39,111 bases of DNA from a virus (taxonomy: Duplodnaviria > Caudoviricetes). The stretch lies in IMG/VR virus record IMGVR_UViG_3300009108_000026, positions 1-39,111 of that record; one strand, 5' to 3'. Of this stretch, positions 8,582 through 17,500 are shown in pieces; within the stretch, counting starts at the first letter, position 1, and each line of letters begins with the position of its first letter. The notes under the pieces are model-generated. The model made no database searches. It was not told the DNA's origin and worked only from the letters and a program-made list of their open reading frames with translations. A program made the translations under genes and the position numbers.

Positions 8582-11500
8582 ATGGCAAATACTGCTGTTT
8601 CTGGCCAGGTTCCATTAAAATGGTACCAAATTGCGTTAACTGATCCAAATATTGCAGCCTGGTATGCCCAATTAAGGGCTGATCATCCAGGCGAACCTGA
8701 AAGTGTAATAGATCATATGGTAAGATCCATCCAGGACTATGGTGATGGATCTGGAAGTGGGTATGATTATATAACTGCAATTGAAAAAGGTGACAGGCCA
8801 TCAATGCAGCCAGATGGAAAATATCATTGGGGTGGTGATGTTGGTGGTGTGATCCTAAAAGGTAAGCAGCATCCAACCAGGCACCTGACAGATCAGGGAT
8901 TTACATCCCAGGGAATGGATCCTCAAGAATTACAGCCACCTGAAATGAGGCCACTTAATCAGCAGGGTGTGGATTGGAATAGAATGGTTCCTGGGGTTCA
9001 GCAGATCTTGGATGATCAGGCTGGCAGAGTTGAAAGAATTAGGGAGCAGGCCAGGAATCGTCAAATGGTAATAGACAGTTATCAGGATCTTGTTAAGGCC
9101 TACCCTGAATCATACAAACAAATTAAATCATTAGTTGAAGAAGGTGTCCATGATTTAGATACTGTTATTAAAATAGTTCGTAACCCAATAAAGAAAGATA
9201 TCCCTTCAGAGTTAGGATTCTTTGATAAGGTCGCTGAATTTAAGCATATTAAAAGTTGGGTTAAATTATTACCATTTGTAGGCAGTGCTGCAGAAATTAC
9301 AGAAATGGAAATGTTAGCAATGGCTGTTGAAAGTTTTGAAAATGGTACAGCAACTCCCAGGCAAATAAATATGCTTAAAGAGTTTGTTGAATATTCAGAG
9401 GCTGACAGGGATTGGTTTTATAAAGTTTTTGATCTAGTGACAAATCTACCAGCATTTGCTGGAGAGATATATTTAACTGGTGGAATATATACAGCTGCTA
9501 AAAAAGCAACATTAGAAGTTGCAAAGAGAGGATTAAAAAAGGTACTTACTGATTCAGGTAAAAAGGCTTTATATCAGTATGGTACTAAAAAGGCCACTGG
9601 TAAAATAGCTCAGAAATCATTAGGTGCTATAGGTGGGGCTACAGCACAAGCTATACCAGCAGGAACTACCAGGATCCCTGCAGAAACAATGCAGCGAATG
9701 ATGCCTACACTTGGATTAGATGAAGATGAGAAACTGGTTATCCAGGGAGAAGGTGAGTCAGCTTTGGATGCATTAGTAAATGCGACTAAAGGCCAGTGGA
9801 TCGAGATGGTATCAGAAAGATCTGGTGGTTTGTTTGGGTCCCTTGGAAGACCAGTAAAAGAGGCAATAGCCAGAACCACATTAATGAAACGATGGATGAA
9901 GAGTAATCCTGGTGGTACTGTATCACAATTTAGCGAAATATTAAATCGTTCAGGTTACCATGGTGTGATCAATGAGATCCTTGAAGAGCGAGTTGGAGCA
10001 ATAGCCAGGGCTACACCTGGTATTGGTACTGGTGAAGAGTTTGAGGATTATACAAGTAAAGAATTCTGGGAGCAGCTAAGTGTTGAGGGAGCAGCGTTTG
10101 CTGTTCCAGGTATTGGTCGTGCTACTGCAGATTTTCAAGTTAGAAGAAAAGCAAAGAAGGCAGAGGAGAAAGCAGAATTAGCAAGCCAGCAGATGGAGGC
10201 AGCTGCTAGCCTAAGCCCTACTGGAACCATTGGTGTAGATGATCAAGGCAGAAGAGTTACTTCATTTGAAGAAAGAAGAAGGACTGAGGAAGAGGCATTA
10301 AGTGAGATAGATGCTGCAGTGGAAGCTGGTGATACTACTGAAGGGGTAGGAATGCTGGCCAGACATTTAATATCCCAGGATCCAGACTTTGATGGGAAGA
10401 CGAGTTTAGAGATCAGTAGAGAGGTTTTAAAACTAACTGATGATTATATTAGAAATGTTCTTAAAAAAGAACCAGAGAAGTTTTTTGAAGAGGAGGGAAT
10501 TACCAGGGATGAAGCAGAAGAATACTACGCAACAGGTTCGACACAAGTTGACATTCAAAAGGGATATACCAGGACAGCCATCAAGTTATATAAGGGTCAC
10601 GATGCAGACACCCTCGTTGAAGAATGGTACCATTCATTCTGGGAACATACAACAGACCAGGATAGAGCAGCCTTCCAGAAATATCACGATCAATCAGGGG
10701 ACACCAGATCAGTAGAGGAACATTTTGGCCAGGAAGGTAGGGACTATTTCTTCAGTGAGAAGATGCATGAAGAGGCTGGTGCTATTAGGACCATCTTTGA
10801 GAATGCCAGGAAATCTTTAAGAGAGCTTATTGCCAGGATCAGAACTATCAGGGGAGCCAAGATCCCTAAGAAGATCCAGGACATGTATAGAGCAGCTGGT
10901 AAAAGGGAACTCACTCCACAACAACAGAAGAAGGTTAAAACTGATAAGAAGGATACCCAGTTCCAGGCTAAAAAGTTAGAGCCGATGGAAGCTAATCTAA
11001 GAAAAAAGAGTCGAGGAAAATTAACTGAAAGTAAAAAATTATTTAAGAGATTAGTAAAGGTTGTTCCTGATATGTGGCGTGGTTTAAGTAGTTCAGATGC
11101 TCAGAAATTGACAAAATTAGGGATGAAAGTATATTACCCTGATGCTGTAAAAAATATGCTAATGCAGGCTGGGATGTCCAATAAGGATGCAACTAAATTA
11201 ATTGCACAGGCTAAAGCCATACCAGACTTTAACCCCTCAGAGGTGCTTGATAAAATAGATTGGAGTACAGTAGATTGGTATAATCAAGACAAAGGTCCTA
11301 AGATTATGCATCAGGTTAAGAAGTTAGATAAAGCAGTAAAGCCTAGATCTAAAGAATTCAAGAAGTGGTTTAAAGGTAGTAAGGTTGTTGATGATAAGGG
11401 TGAGCCTATGGTTATGTATCATGGGACAAAAGCATCTAAGGTTATACCTCCTAAGACTGATGATGATATAGTTAAATCAGAACCAGTTGATTTTGATATA

Positions 11501-14500
11501 TTTGAAGAAGGTGATATAGGTTTTCATTTTGGGACTAAAGAACAGGCTAATAGTAGAGTTCGGAGGGGTGGAGGACAGTTTACGAATGCACGAGTTATGC
11601 CAGTGTATCTGAATATCAAAAATCCTTTAAGAATGGAAGAACCTCATATTGGTGGTGATTGGGGGCATGCACAACAAATTATAACTCAGTTGGAAGAATT
11701 AGGGTTTAAGGATATTCCTAAAGAGCCAAAAGTGAGAAGAGGTTATAATTATTATCCCAGCACAAAAGGAACCAGAAAACAACATCTTGAAGACATTAAA
11801 AATTATCTTATTGACAAGGGTTATGATGGTATAGTATATGCAAATAAATTTGAATCTCCCCTAAGAGATAAAGAAGGCAAGATTACAACATCTTACGAGA
11901 AGGGTGAAATAGATGTACAGGATTCATATATTGCCTTCAAACCTAACCAGATCAAAGGCCAGTTCAATGTCAAGCCTACTTCTGGTCCTAAGATCATGCA
12001 TCAGGCTAAGAAGTTCACAGATCGTGAAAATTTTGAAATGCAAGATACAGCAAAGAAGATTTTTGGTGTTACAGAAGACCCAAGGGAAGCAGGATATATA
12101 TTGAATGATGGATCCATGCTTGACTTCTCTGGCAAGAATGAAGGTGGAACTCCAGGAACTAGGGCATATGACCATAGACAAATAAATCAAATTGGTGATG
12201 ATTCAGAAGGTCAGGGTGGAGATTCAAAATGGGATGATGTAGGAATGATGGAATTTATAAAAGCAGGAGCCATCAGATATATGCCTGAATCTATGACATT
12301 TCATCTTGGTCCTCTACATCCAGATCAGGGACAGTTAGCCACGATGCGTAAATTAATTGAAAATCCTCCTGGTATGGAAGTATTACATTTTAAAACACCA
12401 ATTACAATTAGAATATCTGCTGCCAAACCATTTGAAAAAAACTATGATAGGGATACTTCCTGGGAAGAAATTAAAAGGGATATCTTACAATTTATTAGAA
12501 CTGGTAGAAAACCTTCAATAGTACAGCAGTTCCATCAGGCCAGAAAGAAGGAAGACATATTCTTCAGCCCATCTGAAAGAGCAGTAGAAGAGAAGTTCCC
12601 CCCAACGATGAAGTCCATGTCAGTTATTAACTGGATCAAGAAACAAACCAATAATTCAAAAGAGATAGAGTGGCTTGATATCTCATCATTCTTGAAGGGC
12701 AAAAAGAAGATCACCAAGGAAGATTTATTAGAATGGATCAATGCTAATAAGATCATTGTCCAGGATGTGTTCAAGGTAGATGAATGGATGAAAACTCCTG
12801 AGTGGAAAGCATTTGATGCTAAATTAAAAAAGAAGTATGGTGATTCATGGGATCATCCAGATTTTGAATTTGATGGGCCACAAGAGGGTAGTATTGCAAG
12901 GGATCTTGATATAATGAATGAAAAAGAAATGGATGAATATTCAGGCATTAAATTAAAATACCAAGAACCAGAACATTCTGGATACCAACTCCCAGGAGAA
13001 AAGGAAGACTATCGTGAATTGTTGTTGATATACCCACAAAAAGGTTTTAAAGAATATCTTAATTTTGAAGAACTACCTGAAGATGCACAAGCATTAGTAG
13101 GATTTGGTGATCAGGAGTCAATAGAGGGTTTACAGGGATTAGGTTATGAAGTTGAAACTGATATGTCTGGAGAGATCACTAATATATATAAAAAAGATAG
13201 AGAGGAACCATTTACACAAGGCCACTACGAGGAGGCTAATGTCCTGGCCCATGTCAGATTCAACACCAGGACTTCACGCACTGGAGAGAAGATCTTATTT
13301 ATTGAGGAACTACAATCTGATTGGCATACCAAAGGCAGAGAGAGGGGATATAAAAAGGAAATATTAGATAAAGAACTTAAATGGGCTAAGCTGGCAGATA
13401 TAGGAGATGGCACAGAATGGGTTGCAACTATTCCTGGAACCAGATACAATTACACAATTACATATGATAAAGAAAACAATACTTTTCTTACCAGGAGAGT
13501 AGATGAACATGGAAGGTTAAGAGGTGTTATAGATTTTGAATACTTAGAAGAGGCTAAAACATATGTTCAAAATGCAGTAAATAGTGCAGATATTAAAACA
13601 GGTAGTGTACCTGATGCTCCATTTAAGGGTACAGATTGGATTGAGTTAGTGGCCAAAAGGATGCTCAGATATGCAGCAGAAAACAACTTTGACAGGATAG
13701 CCTGGACCACTGGGAAACAGCAAGTAGAAAGATGGAAATCTGCACTCAGGCAAAAGGTGGATGCAATCCAGTGGCAGAAGGTAAAGGATACTCAGCAAAC
13801 ATTTGAAGAAAATAAAGAAGGATACTATCAAGATTTAGTAAAAATCAATGGTATAAAAGGCAATAAGAGTGTATTTGATGAGTCAATCCCCCTCTCAGGT
13901 GCAACTAAGATCCAGGGTCAAGATGTTAACTTGGAAGGGTTAATTGGTAAACAAATTGCTACTCAGATCAGAGAGTCAGATAAAAGATCTGGAACAGTTG
14001 AAGGTGGTGATCTAACCATTGGTGGGCAGGGAATGAAACTGGTGTACGACAGTGCCTTTAAAAAGGCTTTAAATAAGTTAGGTAAAAAGTTTGGTACTAA
14101 GGTGGATAGGGTGGAGATATTTGCAGATCAAAAAATAGATACTGTACTTGATCCAGGAACAGGTGAGAAAAAACAAGATATTAGGGTTTTTAAGCGTTTT
14201 CAACCTTCCTTATATATCCCACCTAAAATGAGTGAGTCTGCACAAAAGGCTGCTCCTCAGTTCCAGGTAAAGAAGAAGAAAGATGTTGACTTCCCAAGGG
14301 TTAAAAAATCAGGAAAGTATATTGCTCTTCCTGATAATATTAACACACCACAAAAATTAGGTGGACTCGTTACACGACTGGCTAATATGGCAAAAGAAGG
14401 TGAAGAGGGGAGATACTGGTATGAAAGGAGTAGTGATGTTATTTTACATGCTGTTAATGGTGATCAAGAAGAAGCCCAGAAAATAGCAGCACTTACTGGT

Positions 14501-17500
14501 CTATTTAGCCAGGGAACAGGCCTTTTGCCAAACTGGAGAGCAGCACTACGATATTATATAAACAGTAAAGCAGGGGAACCAAAAACTGAAGGAAGGTTCC
14601 CTAATACTATGGTGCCAAAAGCAGAAAAGATTATGAATGGTGAGATTCCATTAGGGATCAAAACTAATAACTTTTATACAAACCTAATGAGACATATAGA
14701 TCCTGGTATGGAGCAGGGGGTTACAGTAGATCTATGGATTATGAGAGCATTAGGCTATAAGACAGATGCCCCAGGCCCAGTCCAGTACGATAGAGCATCT
14801 AAACTTATTACAAGAGCAGCTGAGAGATTAGGCTGGGAGCCACACCAGGTTCAGGCTGCTGTATGGACCACAATTAAATCCAAGTGGGAGGCTGTACAGC
14901 AGAAAATAAAAGCTGAAGCAGTTAAAAAGGGACATTTTATTCCTGCTAAAAAGGTGGATGGTAAAAAGGTTCCTGGCCACTGGAAAAGTGAAATAATGAG
15001 AATTCGTTACAGGAATAAGTTTTTAAAGGCAGCATACAAGGTTCCATCCAGTGAAGTAAAAGCATTGGACTTCGCAGATCTAATGGCTAATGAGCTAGCA
15101 ACTATTACAATGGAAACTGTACCTGGTGTAGAAGGATACTTGGATAAAGTAGATCTAGATAAAGATTATGTAGAACTGAACAGAATGCATGTCGCTCTTC
15201 AGAGAGTTATTACTGATGAGGCTGGTAATGATAGACTGGCTCAAGCTGTTGGAATGATGGTAATGGGAGATATGTCTGCTCCTGGGGCCTGGTTAGAAAA
15301 AGTATCACCAGGTAGACAATTAACTGTAGTTGCACCAAAGGGAAAGACTGGAGATATTACAAAACAGTCTGAGGATCAAATAAAAGAGTATGCCTCACTG
15401 TTTGGATTATTGTTTCATCAGTATGGAGTTGGTTATCATAAACCAATGTTCGAGAATACGATGATAAGATCTAATTTAGCAGAGGTAGTGTTTGAAAATG
15501 ATGTGAGACTTACTGCAGAAGAATCAAGAAAATTCACAGCAGCTATGGCTGAAGAAATTGAGAGTAAGTATGGAGTGGAATATATCCATGATGTTTACTT
15601 AGCACCAGCCTCTACAGGATACAGGTGGATAAATTTAACGAAAGAAAAAGCAGAATTTATTAAATCAAAAATGCCTGAAGGAAAGAAATCAAAATACAAA
15701 GAGATTACTAATAAAGATTTTAGAGAATTAGTTGCTAATGTTACTCATAAAACATTCCCAAAAATAAAATATGAAATAGTTGCATTTAAAGCAAATTCAA
15801 ACTTAATTTTAAAAAGCCAGGAGAAAGAAACAGATGAAACCTACAAGAATACGCTTAGCAGATCGAAACGATCCCAGATTTACAGAGGGCTTCTCAGTGA
15901 CCTCCATCCACAGGTTAACCAAGTCTACCAAGACTTCGCAGGAAAAAACGACTGGGGCAAAGCTCCCCAAAAAGACCAAAAAGTAACCTTCCAGGTTCGT
16001 CACAAGCGAACCCTCCCCTCAGAAAATAAACCTAAACCACTCGCCTCTAAAGGCACTGAACTATCTCTAGATCCAGAAAGATTTAGGGATAGGGTTCAAC
16101 GCAAGATCCAGGACAAGATGAATCGTCTTGGTCATGTGATGAAAAAGGTCAGAGAGGTTCGTGATATTTCAGATGAAGAAGATGCATACCTGGCCAGTGA
16201 TAATTATATTGGTAGGACCAGGGAAAGGATGGACAAGTTTGAGCGAGAGGTTTTTGATAAGAAAGGATCTCTTTTAGATCGTATTCTTTCAGCAGGATAT
16301 TCCATTGATGACTTTGGTGAGTACTTACATGCCAGGCATGCCAAGGAGCGTAATGATCATGTAGCCAAGATTAATGAAGATATGCCTGATGGTGGATCTG
16401 GAATGACCAATGAAGAGGCAAGTGAGATCCTGGCAAAACATAAGGGTGATAAACAGATCCAGAAGTTCGCCCAGGAATTCTATAGAAGGGTAACCAAAAG
16501 AGCATTACGAGAGAGATTAAATGCTGGCCTCATAGATCGTGAAACCTACGATAAATTAACCACCTATTATAAAAATTATGTACCACTCTTTGTGGTTAAG
16601 GATATAGAGAATAGGATCAATACATCTGGGAAGGGATTAAGTATTCCCCAGGGAGCAGAACTAAAGAGGGTAAAAGGATCCACAAAGGAAAGGGCTAATC
16701 CAGTATACTCAGCAATATATGAAATGATGGGAGTCATTAAAAGGACTGAGAAAAATAAGGTTGGATTAAAATTTTTAGATCTTGCTGAAGAGTTTGATAG
16801 TGAATCCTGGGAAGTTAATCGTATGAGGTACAAGCCAGTTTATAATAAGAATGGTGAGCTGGAGTTTATGGAGCCACAATTCAAGCTGGATGATAATGTA
16901 TTTGCAGTCAGGAGAGAGGGTAAAATATATTTAATTACTATCCATGATGAAGCATTAGCCAGGGGGTTAAAGAATTTAGGTACAGAAAAAACCTTTAAAT
17001 ACTTAATGACTGCTAATAATTATTTAAGGTCAATTGTTACAACATTTAATCCAGAGTTTATTATAACAAACTTTGAGAGGGATATACAAACAGCATTGGT
17101 ACATGTGGCTGGAGAGTTCAAAGGTTTAGCTGGTACAGTATTAAAGAATACACCAAAGGCTATTCGTGGTGTATGGAGAAATGTGCGTGACAAGGATGCT
17201 GTCTATTGGTCTGAAATGTATGACGAATTAAAAGCAGCTGGTGGTAAAGTTGGTTGGTTTGACATGGATACACTGGAGGATCATCAATCTAAGGTAGAAA
17301 AGAGATTAAAAGAGATCCAGGGTGGTACAGGAAATCTTAAAAAAGCAGCAAGGGCAGTGGGAGATTTTGTAGAGAATGCTAATGAGGCAATAGAATCAGG
17401 AGTAAGGTTAGCCACATATGAGGCCTTGAGAAAGAAGGGTATGTCTAAAGAGAAAGCAGCCCAGGTAGCAAAGGGGATTACAGTAAACTTTAATAAGAAG

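Noticed and set aside
11913-13367. Further +1-frame ORFs in the giant gene (11913..12104, 13146..13367)
   Set aside because: RBS spacing is weak or poor, no promoter is visible, and one crosses a cassette linker. They cannot be distinguished from chance without conservation data.
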